NCBI RefSeq assembly: GCF_964213995.1
Contig: NC_135823.1
Span: 682,001-746,000 of the forward strand
Source of the DNA: Mustelus asterias
Lineage: Eukaryota
Length of the DNA stretch: 64,000 nt
Direction of reading: 5' to 3'
Shown: positions 35,790-49,460 of the stretch, in pieces
Layout of the letters: each line of letters begins with the position of its first letter
How positions within the stretch are numbered: position 1 is the stretch's first letter
Translations under genes and position numbers: made by a program
Notes under the pieces: model-generated
The model's database searches: none
The model's input: the letters and a program-made list of their open reading frames with translations, nothing else
Told to the model about the DNA's origin: nothing

Positions 35790-36760
35790 TCTGAGAGTGC
35801 CCAGCAGAGAGTGTGGATCTGTAAATGTGTATATGTCTGTTTCTGACATCATCCAATAGCGGGAAGAGTGGTAAAGTTGTGTGTGGGTTTGAGAGAGAGA
35901 GAGAGGATGAGGGACAGAGCGATAAATTCTGGATGTCTCTACCTCTGTGTCGGTGTGTGTGTGTGTGATTCTGACAGTACCCAGCAGAGGGTAGATTGCC
36001 AAATGTGTGTGTACTTGTATGTGTGTATGGGAGAGAGAGAGAAAGAGAGAAATTCTGGCTATCTGTGTGTCTGCGTGGGTGTGTGATTCTGACATTATCC
36101 AGCAAAGGGTAGATTGGTAAAAGTGTGTGCATGTGTGTTTGCGAAGGGAGAGAGAGTATCAAAATTATGTGTGTGTGTGTGTGAGAGAGAAATTCTGGCA
36201 ATCTGTGTGTCTGTGTGCGTGGGAGGGAGGGGGGTGCATGGGGGGGGGAGAGGGGGGGTGCGGCCGGTGTGTGGGGGGGGGGAGGGGGGGTGCGGCCGGT
36301 GTGTGGGGGGGGGGGAGGGGAGGGTGCGGCCGGTGTGGGGGGGGGGGGTGGTGTCATTCCGACATTATACAGCAGAAGGTAGATTGGTAAAGGGTGTGTG
36401 TGNNNNNNNNNNNNNNNNNNNNNNNNNNNNNNNNNNNNNNNNNNNNNNNNNNNNNNNNNNNNNNNNNNNNNNNNNNNNNNNNNNNNNNNNNNNNNNNNNN
36501 NNNNNNNNNNNNNNNNNNNNNNNNNNNNNNCAGCATTGGGTAGATTGGTAAAGTTGCATGTCCGTGTGTGAGTGTGTGTGTGTGACAGAGAGAGAGAGAG
36601 CGAGAAAGATTGAGTCAGTGTGTGTGTGTGTGTGTGTGTGTGCGTTTGTGTGTGTGTGTGCGGGTGTATGTGAGAGAGAAAGAGAGATTCTGGCTGTGTG
36701 TGCGTCTGTGTAAGTGTGTGTGAGAGAGGCATAGAGATTCTGGCTGTGTGCGTCTATGTG
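35790..36760. repeat. Complex (GT)n/(GA)n minisatellite with G-run units, spanning an assembly gap (N 36403-36530)
   Basis: Recurrent gattctgacattatccagcagagggtagattggtaaag units about 115-125 bp apart; three gggtgcggccggtgtg(g)n units. Confidence 0.85.
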
Positions 36761-36764
36761 TTGA

Positions 36765-38310
36765 TGTGGTGTATTATTGTCACATGTATTAATATTGTTT
36801 CTTGTGCGCTATGCAGACAAAGGACACTATACAGAGTGAAGGAAGGGAGATGGTGTAGAGTGTAGTGTTACGGTCATAGCTAGGGTGTAGAGAAAGATCA
36901 ACTTAGAGCAAGATAAATCCATTCAAAAATCAGAAAGCAGCAGGGAAGAAGCTGTTCTTGAGTCGGTTGGTACGTGACCTCAGACTTTTGTATCTTGTTC
37001 TCGATGAAAGAAAGTGGAAGAGAGAATGTCCATGTTGGTGTGGGTTCTTAATTTTGCTGGCTGCTTTGCTGAGACTGTGGGGAGTGTATACAGAATCAAT
37101 GGATGGGAGGTTGGTTTGCGGGATGGATTGGGGTACATTCACGACGTTTTTTTAATTTCCTGCGGTCTTGGGCAGAGCAGGAGCCATACCAAGCTGTGAT
37201 GCAACCAGACTGAATGTGTTCTGTGGAGTATCTGCAAACTTTGGTGAGAGTCGCAGCTGACATGCCAAATTTTCTTAGTCTTCTGAGAAATAAGAGGCGT
37301 TGGTGGGATTTCTTAACTATAGTGTCAGCATATAGGGTCCAGGACAGGTTGTTGGTGATCTGGACACACAAACAAAATTGGAGCTTTCGACCATTTCAAC
37401 ATCGTCCCAGTTGATGTAGACAGGGGCATGTTCTCCACTACACTTTCTGAAGTCGACGACAATCTCTTTCATTTAGTTGACATTGAGGGAGAGATTATTG
37501 TCGTTGATAATCACCAGATTATCGATCGCATTCCTAGACTCAGTCTCGTCATTGCTTGAGATCGGACCAGCTACGGTGGTATCGTCAGTAAATTTCAAAA
37601 TCGAGTTAGAAGGTAATTTGGTCACACAGCCCTCTGTGTATAAGGAGTATAGAAGGGGCTGAGGGCACAGCCTTGTCGGGCACCAGTGTTGAGAATGATC
37701 ATGGCGTAAGTGTTGTTGACTATCCTTACTGGTTGTGGTCTGTAGGTGAGGAAGTTCAGGATCCAGTCGCAGAGGGAGGAGCCGAGGCTCAGGCCACTGA
37801 GTTTGGAGATGAGTTTTATAGGAATAATGGTGTTGATGGCTGAGCTGTCGTCAATGAATAGGAGTCCGCCATAGTTCCCTTTGGCATCAAGGCGTTCCAG
37901 GGTTGAGTGCAGGGCCAGGGAGATGGCCTCTGCTGTGGACCCGTTGCTGTGGTAGGCAAACTGTAGTGGATCCAGGTATTCCGAGAGGCTGGAATTGATT
38001 CGTGCCCCGACGAGCCTTTCGAAGCACTTCATTTTGATGGATGTCAGAGCCACAGGATGATAGTCATTAAGGCAAATTGTTTTTTTTTTTTGGTACCGGG
38101 ATGATGGTTGTCTTCTTGAAGCAGATAGGAACTTCAGATTGTTGTAAAGAGACATTGAAGATGTCTGCAGATATCGCCGCCAGCTGATCTGCACAGGATC
38201 TGAGTGCTCGTCCGCGTATCCCCTGCAGGCCAGTCGCTTTCCGTGGGTTGACCTCCGAGAAGGCTGCTCTGACATCTACAATTGTGACATCTGCCATAGT
38301 ACTTGACAGG
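36765..38310 (-). mobile_element. Rex1/Babar-type LINE, 5'-truncated
   Basis: [68 protein letters not shown] are characteristic Rex1-clade RT motifs. Confidence 0.85.
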
Positions 38311-38649
38311 GCTTTGTAGCCATGAACCCCACGGCTGAATTTGATCAAATTGAGATAACTAACAAGTATAGAGTTAATAAAATGGCTGCGGTTGCGGTTT
38401 CAGCTGGAAATGCCAACAGGATGATTCTCAAAACACGATTGGCAAATAAGGCAACGCTGCAGATTCCGTGAGCCGAGGAGATTGTAAAGTCAGTTGCAAT
38501 AAATTGGCTGAAGGCAAATTACTGCGGATGCTGGAATCTAAAATTAAAACAGAAAATGCTGGAAAACCTCAGCTTCCCTGACAGCATCAGTGGAGAGAGA
38601 ATAGAGCTAACGTTTCGTGTTTGGATGACACAATTCGAGAACGCTTGTG

Positions 38650-39100
38650 TGGGACTCCACTATTTCACCCCAAGCTGAATTATGAATTCTATCATTCCGT
38701 GGTCACTACTCCCTCGAGGATCCTTAACTATGAGATCATCAATTAATCCCTTCACATTGCGCAATACCAAATCAAGAGTCGCCTGCTCCCGGGTTGGTTC
38801 CACAACATACTGTTCCAAGAAACAATTTCGCATTCAAAAAACTCTGCCTCCAGGCTACCCTTGGCAATTTGATTTTTCCAATCTCTGTGCATATTAAAAT
38901 CACCCATGATTATTACCACACTTGTCTTACAAGCATGCAGTATTTCCCAGTTTATACTGTGCCCCACTGCGGAACTGCTGCTTTGGGACCAACAGATGAC
39001 TCCTACCAAGTATTTCTTCCCTTTGCTATTTCTTAATTATATGCAGACTAATTGCACATTCTGATCTCCCGGTCCTGTGTCATTTCTCATTACAACACTG
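38650..39100 (-). mobile_element. CR1 endonuclease-region fragment
   Basis: IIMGDFNMH motif in ORF 38752..39009. Confidence 0.7.
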
Positions 39101-39186
39101 ATCCCTTTAATCGAGTGGTGTGACTGCCTCCTGAAACAAAGGGTGGTTCAGAGTCTGGAGCTCACTGCTTGAATGTTTGGTGGAGG

Positions 39187-39873
39187 AAAAGCCCAGTCTG
39201 CAGGTACAACAGGTGATCAAGAAGGCAAATGGGATGTTGGCCTATATCGCGAGGGGGATAGAATATAAAAGCAGGGATGTCTTGATGCACCTGTACAGGG
39301 CATTGGTGAGGCCGCAGCTGGAATACTGTGTGCAGTATTGGTCCCCTTATATGAGGAAGGATATATTGGCATTGGAGGGAGTGCAGAGAAGGTTCACCAG
39401 GTTGATACCGGAGATGAGGGGTTTGGATTATGAGGAGAGGCTGAGGAGATTGGGTTTGTACTCGTTGGAGTTCAGAAGGATGAGGGGGGATCTTATGGAG
39501 ACTTATAAGATAATGCGGGGGCTGGATAGGGTGAAGGCGGAGAGATTCTTTCCACTTTGTAAGGAAGTTAAAACTAGAGGACACAGCCTCAAAATAAAGG
39601 GGGTTCGGTTTAAGACAGAGTTGAGGAGGAACTTCTTCTCCCAGAGGGTGGTGAATCTCTGGAATTCTCTGCCCACTGAGGTGGTGGAGGCTACCTCGCT
39701 GAATATGTTTAAAGCGCGGATGGATGGATTCCTGATCGGTAAGGGAATTAGGGTTATGGGGATCAGGCGGGTAAGTGGTACTGATCCACGTCAGATCAGC
39801 CATGATCTTATTGAATGGCGGGGCAGGCTCGAGGGGCTAGATGGCCTACTCCTGCTCCTATTTCTTATGTTCT
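39187..39873 (+). mobile_element. CR1 LINE 3' fragment
   Basis: ORF 39177..39875 is the CR1 ORF2 C-terminus. Confidence 0.9.
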
Positions 39874-40717
39874 AAGAACGTTTAAGAAGTACTTTGATGT
39901 CCACTTGCAATGTCAAGGCGTACACGACTATGGGCTAAGTGCTGCAAATGGTAATAGAATAGTTAGGTGATTTTTCTTTGTCCGGTTGAAGGGCCTTTCC
40001 TGTGCTATTTACATATAAGACTCTCCGAGAACGTGTTCTTTAAGACTGATGCTTGCTGAGAAATGCATGCCCGTTTTCCCACCCCCTTAAATCCCAAATG
40101 AAAGGAAAGCCCTTTTACCTGCATCGTGTCCCGGGTGTATTATTCCTCCTTCTCCCACTGAGGCTCTGAATCTTATCTTCCAGTAACTGCTCTTGCTCGG
40201 GAAGGTCTTCAAGCTGTAGTGTGCAGTCTGACTCTTACAGAGATCACGTTGTAGACTGCTGTACAATACAGGGTGGTTAAAATTAGAAACGCAATCATCA
40301 ATAAATATCTTGTGATCTTATATTCACCATGAAACAGCCAAATGAATTATTTTAACTCAAACACCATTTCATTAGTAACTCTATTTTCTCTTTTCTTTCA
40401 CCACAGAGTTGGATGGCTTGGGAGTCATGTTATATTTTATTTTGCCATAAATGCGATCTCCACTCGCAAGTTGAATACGTATCGCTCGGCCCTGATTGCC
40501 TCTTGAAATGGTAGTGGTGAGCTGTATATTAGAGCCGCTGATGTCCCTGTGGTGTATGTACAGCCACACTGCTGTTAGGGAGGGTGTACAAAAATTGTCT
40601 CCCAGCGACAGTGAAGGAAGGGTGATATATTTCCAAATAAGGATGGTTTGAGACTTGGAGGGAAATCTCCAAGTGCTGGCTTTCCCTCATGTCTGCTGTC
40701 CTTGTCCATCTAGTTAA

Positions 40718-43700
40718 TAAAGAACAAAGAACAAAGAACAGTACAGCACAGGAAACAGGCCCTTCGGCCCTCTAAGCCTGTGCTGCTCATTGGTCAAACT
40801 AGACCATTCGTTCGTATCCCTCCAGTCCGAGACTGCTCATGTGACTATCCAGGTAAGTCTTAAACGATGCCAGCGTGTCTGCCTCCACCATCATACTTGG
40901 CAGCGCATTCCAGGTCCCCACCACTCTCTGTGTAAAAAACGTCCCTCTGATATCTGAGTTATACCTCGCCCCTCTCACCTTGAGCCCGTGACCCCTCGTG
41001 ATCGTCACCTCTGACCTGGGAAAAAGCTTTCCACTGTTCACCCTATCTATACCCTTCATAATTTTCTACACCTCTATTAGATCTCCCCTCATTCTCCGTC
41101 TTTCCAGGGAGAACAAGCCCAGTTTACCCAATCTCTCCTCATAGCTAAGACCCTCCATACCAGGCAACATCCTGGTAAACTTTCTCTGCACTCTGTCTAA
41201 AGCCTCCACGTCCTTCTGGTCGTACGGGGAACATAACTGGATGCAGTACTCCAAATGTGGCCTACCCAGCGTTCTATACAGCTGCAACATCAGACTCCAG
41301 CTTTTATACTCTATACCCTGTCCTATGAAGGCAAGCATACCATACGCCTTCTTCACCACCTTCTCCACCTGTGCTGCCACCTTCAAGGATTTGTGGACTT
41401 GCACACCAAGGTCCCTCTGTGTGTCTATACTCTTGATGGCTCTGCTATTTATTGTATAACTCCCCCCTACATTAGTTCTGCCAAAATGCATTACTTCGCA
41501 TTTATCTGGATTAAATTCCATCTGCCATTTCTCCGCCCAATTTTCCAGCCTATCTGTATCCTGCTGTATTGTCCGACAATGTTCATCGCTATGCACAAGT
41601 CCAGCCATCTTCGTGTCATCCACAAACTTGCTGATAACACCAGGTACACCTTCTTCCAAATCAGTTATATATATCACAAATAGCAGAGGTCCCAGTACAG
41701 AGCCCTGCAGAACACCACTGGTCACAGACCTCCAGCTGGAAAAAGACCCTTCAACTGCTCCCCTCTGTCTCCGGTGGCCAAGCCAGTTCTCTTCCCATCT
41801 AGACACCTCTCCTTGTATCCCATGAGCCTTAACCTTCTTAACCAACCTGCCATGAGGGACTTTGTCAAATGCCTTACTGAAATCCATACAGATGACATCC
41901 ACGGCCCTTCCTTCGTCAACCGTTTTTGTCACTTCCTGAAAAAACTCCACCAAATTTGTAAGGCACGACCTCCCTCTTACAAAACCATGCTGTCTGTCAC
42001 TAATGAGATTGTTCCGTTCTAAATGCGCATACATCCTGTCTCTAAGAATCCTCTCCAACAACTTCCCTACCACGGATGTCAAGCTCACTGGCTGATAAAT
42101 ACCCGGGTTATCCCTGCTACCCAAATAACGGTACCACATTCGCTATCCTCCAATCCTCAGGGACCTCCAATGAAGAGACAAAGATTTCCGTCAGAGGCCC
42201 AGCAATTACATCTCCTGTCTCCCCGAGCAGTCAAGGATAGATGCCATCAGGCCCTGGGGATTTGTCAGTTTTAATGTTACCTAAAAAACCTCACACTTCC
42301 TCCCTTGTAATGGAGATTCTCTCTAACGGGTCAGCACCTCCCTCTGAGACACTCCTAGTCAACAAGTCCCTCTCCTTTGTGAATACCGATGCAAAGTATT
42401 CATTTAGGATCTCCCCTATTCCCTTGGGTTCTGAGCATAATTCCCCTCCTTTGTCTCTGAGAGGTCCGACTTTTTCCCTGACAACTCTTTTGTTCCTAAC
42501 AAATGAATAAAATGCCTCAGGATTCTCCTTCATCCTGTCTGTCAAGAGCATTTCGTGTCCTCTTTTTGCCCTTCTAACTCCCCGTTTGAGTTCTTTCCTA
42601 CTCTCTCTTTATTCCTCCAGAGCTGCATCTGTTTTCAGTTGCCTGGACCTAATGTACGCCTCTCTTTCCTTTGTGATCAGATCCTCAATTTATCTGGTAA
42701 TCCACGGCTCTCGAATCCTACCTTTCCTATCCTTCCTTTTTACAGGCACATGCATGTCCTGCAGCCTTATCAACTGTTCCTTAAAAGACTCCCACATGCC
42801 AGACGTGGACTTACCCCCGGCCAGCCTCTCCCAATCAACGGCCACCAATTCCTGTCTAATCCGGCTCTAGTTAGCCTTCCCCCAATTTAGCACCCTCCCC
42901 TTAGAACAACACTCATCCTTGTCCATTAGTATCCTAAAGTTAACAGAGTTGTGGTCACTAATTGCACATGTTCGCCTACCGAAACATTGACGACCTGACC
43001 GGGCTCATTTCCCAGAACTAGATCCAGTATAGCCCCCTCTCTATTTGGGCTATCGACATACTGTTCCAACGAACCTTCCAGTAACGCACTTTACAAATTC
43101 CTCCCCGTCCAGACCCCCAGCCCTAAGCACTTTCCAGTCTATACCAGGGAAATTGAAGACTCCCACTACAACAACCCTATTTTTTCCTGCACATATCCAG
43201 AATCTCCTGACATATCCGTTCCTCCAATTCCCGTGGGATGTTGGGTGGCCTGTAGTATACCCCCAGCATAGTGTTTGCACCTTTCCTGTTTCTGAGCTCC
43301 ACCCACAGCGACTAATTACATGACCGTCTAAATTGTCCACCCTCTGCACCGCTGTAATATGCTCCCTAACTAATATCGCTACTCCCACACCTTTTTTAGC
43401 CCCTCCTCTGTCTCGCCTAAAACACTGATACCCTGGAATATTCAGCTGCCAGTCCTGTCCTTCTTCTAACCATGTCTCAGTCACGACAACCACATCCAAA
43501 TTCTGCGTAGGCATTAAGGCCCTAAGTTCATCTGTCTTACCCGTCACGCTCCTCGCATTGAAGCAGATGCACTCCAGACCGCCAGGCCCACTCAGGTCTA
43601 CCTGCTCAAGAATGCTCTTCTTCTTATCGAGTATTGCCCTGGACCTCAGCTGCACCCCAGCCTCAGTACTTACTGACCTACTGTTTTGAGCCCCTCCCCC

Positions 43701-45080
43701 CCACCACACTAGTTTAAACCCTGCCGAAACACTAGCAAAACTCCAAGCCAGGATATTTGTGCCCTTCCAGTTAAGTTGTAAACCATCCTTTCTGTAGAGG
43801 TGCTATCCTCTCTTGAAGACTTCCCAATGATCTATGAATTTGAACCCCTCCCTCTTGCACCAGTCATTTAGCTACGTGTTCAATTGTAGGGTCTTCCTGT
43901 TCCTGGCCTCACTCGCACTAGGCACTGGGAGCAGTCCAGAGATTGCTACCCTAGAGGCCTTATTTTTTAGCCTACCACCCATCTCCCTGAATTGCTCTCG
44001 TATGACCCCCCTGCTCTTTCTACCTACGTCATTTTCACCAATGTGTACAATTACATCTGTTTGATTACCTTCCCTTTTTAATCTGCTTCTTACCCTCTCG
44101 GATACATCCAGTACCCGGCACTAGGGAGGCAGACTAGTATACTGGAGTCTCGTTCGCGCCCGCAGAACCGCCTGTCCGTGCCTCTAGCCCTCACATCCCC
44201 CACCACTATTTCTCTCCTAAACCCCTTCTTTCCCTTCTGGGTCTCTGAGCCTGTCTCTGTGCAGGCGATCTGGTCCTCGTGGCTTACTCCTGGAGGGTCA
44301 TCCCCCTCCACAGAATCCAAAACAATATACCTATTTTGGAGGGCAACCACAGGGGAAACCACAGCTCCAACCACAGCTCCAGCTCCCTCACACGGTCCCT
44401 CAGGAGTTGCAGGTCCATGCATCTGGTGCAGATATGGACCTCCGGGAGGCAAGTCGTCTCCAGGAACACCCAAATCCCACACCGAATGCAGCAAACTGGC
44501 CACTCACTCATACCTGCCATTTCCTTTATAGTTTTGGAAAAAAACCCAAAAAAGGCAACAACCGTCCTTGCCTCCGCCTGTGTTCGCCGAAGCCCTGTGG
44601 GCCAAAGCCCTTATAGCTCTCACTCTGCATCCTGCTCACTCCAGTGCCCGCTAACGACGCTGCCCGCTGGATAGTGTGGCCTACCTTTTATACTTTGCGC
44701 GCTTAAAAAAAACCCGTCCCAGAGTCCTGAGCGGCCCAATTCGGTTTTCAGTTTAAAATTGAAAAAACTACTCGAAAAATAAAGGCAGAAAACACACTAA
44801 ACAAATGAATAAATCGCTCACCGGCCCTCCTGCCACAAATCACTCCCTCTCTGCTTGCTCCAGTGGAGCAATGAGGGTGATCCTCCCAGGTAACTGACTT
44901 TTAAAGTGAAAAAAACCCCTTCCCAGACTCCTTAGCAGCCCACTTCCGGTTTTCAGTTTAAAATTAAGAAAATAAAAAACTGGTCGAGAAATGAAGGCAA
45001 AAAACACACTACATAAATAAATAAATCTCTCACCAGCACTCCTGCCACATATCACTCCCTCTCTGCTTGCTCCAGTGGAA
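40718..45080 (-). mobile_element. Near-full-length CR1 LINE (ORF1 zinc-finger/esterase type, ORF2 APE endonuclease + RT), decayed, with tandemly duplicated 5' UTR unit
   Basis: ORF1 CIRCGIW...CTRC and IVVGD; endonuclease NARS, VTETWL; [41 protein letters not shown]; (TTCTTTG)n tail at 40718-40740; 5' UTR unit repeated at about 44700-44870 and 44905-45080. Confidence 0.92.
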
Positions 45081-47867
45081 CAAAGAAGGACAAGGGTAGC
45101 AGAAGTGTGAAAATTGTTGTCAGTGCGTACAAATTGCTGCAGTGCATCTTGAAGATGGCGCACACGGCTGCCCCTATGCGTTGTGAAGCAGGGAGTGAAT
45201 GTGTATTGAATGGGTAGCAATCAAGTGGGTCTGCTTTGTCCAGGATGGTGGACTATCCTTGCAGAATAATTGTTTATTTTTCTGTTGGACTCCGCCCTCC
45301 CGCAAAGTTTGGGAATTGCAGGCTCAATCTTGTATGAAACTGTCTTCCCACGAACAGATCCGCTGGATCAACACATTGTTGTTGTGTCCGTTGTTCTCTC
45401 GTAATCGAGCAAAAAATGTGCCAGTTTAGTTTCCAAAGCATGCCACCAGTTAACATAGAAACATAGAAACCCTACAGTGCAGAAGGAGGCCATTCGGCCC
45501 ATCGAGTCTGCACCGACCACAATCCCACCCAGGCCCTACCCTCACATATTTACCCGCTAATCCCTCTAACTACACATCTCAGGGACAATTTTTAACCTGG
45601 CCAATCAACCTAACCCGCACATCTTTGGACTGTGGGAGGAAACCGGAGCACCCGGAGGAAACCCACGCAGACACGAGGAGAATGTGCAAACTCCACACAG
45701 ACAGTGACCCGAGCCGGGAATCGAACCCAGGACCCTGGCGCTGTGAAGCAGCAGTGCTAACCACTGTGCTACCGTGCCGCCCCAGTTGCTTTGTCATACC
45801 ATCACTGAAGGCTTGCAATGTCAGCCCTTTGGTCGAAAAGTGATCAGGTGCAGTTAAGACATTTTGGTAATCTTTGGAGAACATGCATTTCATGAAATCA
45901 GCGCTCGCAAAGTCCAAGCCGTTGTGGTACACCGCGATCCTAGTATTCCATATACACTGGCACTTTGGCATAATTTATAGATCATGGCCTGCGAAGTACT
46001 GTCGCCCATTCGGTGCAACTCCATCCCCTTTAAATATGAGTACACCATGATGAAAAACAAGGAACAAATAAATATCCACATGCACCTATGGCCTGCCACA
46101 GGGCACTCTGAGATGTGTAGAAGGCCAAGCGATGGGGGTTTTGATCTTCTGGCACCGATCATATTGGTTCACCAAATGTGATCACAAAATCAGGAAGGGA
46201 CGCCAGACATAACTCCAAGCCAGCATGCTATTTCGAATACTCTCGTGGGTCCCTTATTTAGTTGCATTAATTTGCAGGCCCTCCTGGGGGCGGAAAGAAA
46301 TAATCGGACCCCCAAGGAGTGACCCCGTCCTCAGCACGAAGTAAGTTTCCTTAATGAGGTACGGTTTCATTTCTTCAGAGGATGGTTCTTGGAATCCACT
46401 GTGTAGGATCATGTGACTAATTTTAGATAAGATCGCATCATTTGTGACTACCCTTTAATTTGCAGTCCTGACACTGGCAAGGTCTCCAAAATGTTTAGAG
46501 TCATCATATCGCCTTCAAATGTTGGTAAGTGAGCCAGGGTCTTGGCAACGAGAGGCTATCCAGGTTCCAGCCCACTGTTCCTGAAAATATTAGTAGGCTT
46601 TCAATACATCCGGAAAATGAAATGGGGCTGGTGGTGGGTGGAGATGGAGAGTGGAATTGCCTTATCCACTTGAAGAGGCCGAATAGGTATTTACGTTTGC
46701 TACCTATTTAAATAAAACATCGTGGACCTGTTGAAAGAAACTCTGGGCCCCAAATATAACCGTCAACCCCAGCTCTGTCGAAGGGTCATCCAGACTCGTC
46801 AGCTCTGAAACGTTGGCTCGATTGTCCCTGCACTGATGCTGTCAGACATGCCGAAACTTTCCAGCATTTTCTGTTTTTATTTCAGATTCCAAGATCCGCA
46901 GTAATTTGCTTTCAGCCAATTTATTAGAACAGGCTTTACAGCTCTCCTCGGCTCATGGAATCTGCAGACTAGGCTTCTTTTCCCATCATTTCTGTTGCGA
47001 GATTTCATGTTGTTGACCATTTGCAGCTGAAATCGCAACCGCAGCCATTTTCTTAATTGCAGAGTTGTCAATTTTCTCAGCTTGCTCAGATTCAGCCGTG
47101 GGGTCCATGGCCACAAAGCCCTATCAAATACCATGGCAGATGTCACCATTGTAGATGCCAGAGCAGCCTTCTCGAAAGTCAAACTACGGAAAGCGATTGT
47201 CCCGGATGGGATCCCCAGATGAGCCCTTCCCTCGTCAGCCATTCTAGTCACTTCTTCAAAAACCTCCACCAGGTTAGTGAGGCATACCTCCCTCTCACGG
47301 AACCACGTTGACTATCGTTAATGAGTTTATTCCTTTCTAAATGCGCATAGGTCCTATCTCTAAGAATCCTCTCCAACAACTTCCCGACCACGGACGTCAA
47401 GCTCTCCGGCCTATAATTCCCCGGGTTATCCTTCCTACACTTCTGTACTCAATGAATAGGAGTCTGGCATAGGTGTTCTTGTTATCTAGGTGTTCCAGGG
47501 TTGAATGCATGGCCAGGGAATGGAGTCTGCTGTGGACCCGTTGCGGCGGTGGGCGAACTGTAGTGGAACCAGGCAGTCCTGGAGGCTGGATTTGATTCGT
47601 CCATGAAAAGCCTTTCAAAGCACATCATAATGATGGATGTCAGACCATCGTCATTGAGGCACGCTGCTTGGCTTTTCTTTGGCACTGGGATGATGGTAGT
47701 TTTCTGGAAGCAGATAGGGATCTCAGATTGTTGTAAAGACAGATTCAAGATGTCTGTGAATACCCCCGCCAGCTGATCCGCGCGGACTCCATTCCCTGGC
47801 CATGCATTCAACCCTGGAACACCTAGATAACAAGAACACCTATACCCGACTCCTATTCATTGAGTAT

Positions 47868-49460
47868 AGAAGGGTAGGAAGGATAACCCGGGAATTATAG
47901 GCCGGTGAGTTGACATCCGTCGTCGGGACGTTGTTGGAGAGGATCCTTAGAGATAGGATGTATGCGCATTTAGAAAGGAATAAACTCAATAACGATAGTC
48001 AACATGCTTTTCTGAGAGGGAGGTCATGCCTCACTAACCTGGTGGAGTTTTTGAAGAAGTGACTAGAATGGCTGACGAGGGAAGGGCCGTGGATGTCGTC
48101 TACATGGACTTTAGTAAAGCGTTTGACAAAGCATGGTAGTTTGGTGCAAAAGGTTGGATCTCATGGGATAAAGGGGGAGGTGGCTAGATGGGTGGAGAAC
48201 TGGCTTGGTCACAGAATAAGAAGTCTCACAACTCCAGGTTAAAGTCCAACAGGTTTATTTGGTAGCAAATACCATAAGCTTTCGGAGCGCTGCTCCTTCA
48301 TCATTGTATTTGCTGCCAAATAAACCTGTTGGACGTTAACCTGGTGTTGTGAGACTTCTTACTGTGTTCAACCCAGTCCAACGCCGGCAGCTCCACATCT
48401 TGGTCACAGAAGACAGAGGGTGGTAGTGGAAGGGTCTTTTTCCGGCTGGATGCCTGTGACTAGTGGTGTTCCACAGGGCTCTGTGTTGGGACCTCTGCTG
48501 TTTGTGATTTATATAAACGATCTGGAAGAAGGTGTAACTGGGGTGATCAGTAAGTTTGCGGACGACACGAAAATGGCTGGACTTGCAGATAGTGAGGAAC
48601 ATTGTCAGAGGCTACAGAAGGATATAGATAGGCTGGAAATTTGGGCAAAGACATGGCAGATGGAGTTCAATCCAGATGAATGCGAAGTGATGCAAATTGG
48701 TAGAACTAACGTGGGGGGAGCTAAACGATAAATGGCAGAACCATAAAGGGTGTAGATACGCAGAGGGACATGGGTGTGCAGGTCCACAGATCCTTGAAGG
48801 TGACGTCACAGGTGGAGAAGGTAGTGAAGAAGGCATATGGCATGCTGGCCTTTATAGGACGGGACATAGAGTAATAAAAGTTGGGGTCTGATGTTGCACA
48901 TCTATAGAACGCTGGTTCGGCCGCATTTGGAATACTGCGCCCAGTTCTGGTCGACACACGACCAGAAGGACGTGGAGGCTTTAGAGCGAGTGCAGAGGAT
49001 GTTTACCAGGATGTTACCTGGTATGGAAGGGCTTAGTTATGAGGAGAGATTGGATAAACTGGGGTTGTTCTCACTGGAAAGATGGAGGATGAGGGGCGAC
49101 CTAATAGAGGTGTATAAAATTATGAAAGGCATAGATAGGGTAAACAGTGGGAAGCTTTTTCCCAGGTCGGTGGTGACGTTTACGAGGGGTCATAGGTTCA
49201 ATGTGAGGGGGCGGGAGGTTTAACACGGATATTAGAAGGACGTATTTTACACAGAGCGTGGTGGGGGCCTGGAATGCGCTGCCGGGCAATGTGGTGGAGG
49301 CGGACACACTGGGAACGTTTAAGACTTATCCAGATAGCCACATTAACGGAGTGGGAATGGAGGGATACAAAAGAATGGTCTAGTTGTGACCAGGGAGCGG
49401 CGCGGGCTTGGAGAGCCGAAGGGCCTGTTCCTGTGCTGTATTGTTCTTTGTTCTTTGTTC
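47868..49460 (+). mobile_element. CR1 LINE 3' part nested inside a Rex1-type LINE
   Basis: RT motifs [10 protein letters not shown] and KFADD; tail gtattgttctttgttctttgttc; the Rex1-type sequence resumes at about 49461. Confidence 0.9.
48217..48398 (+). mobile_element. Penelope-derived fold-back mini-insertion inside CR1
   Basis: Inverted arms; TSD cttggtcacagaa (48204-48216 / 48399-48411). Confidence 0.85.

Noticed and set aside
35749-36732. 327-aa His/Thr/Pro-rich ORF
   Set aside because: Low-complexity (CA)n and poly-C translation spanning an N gap.
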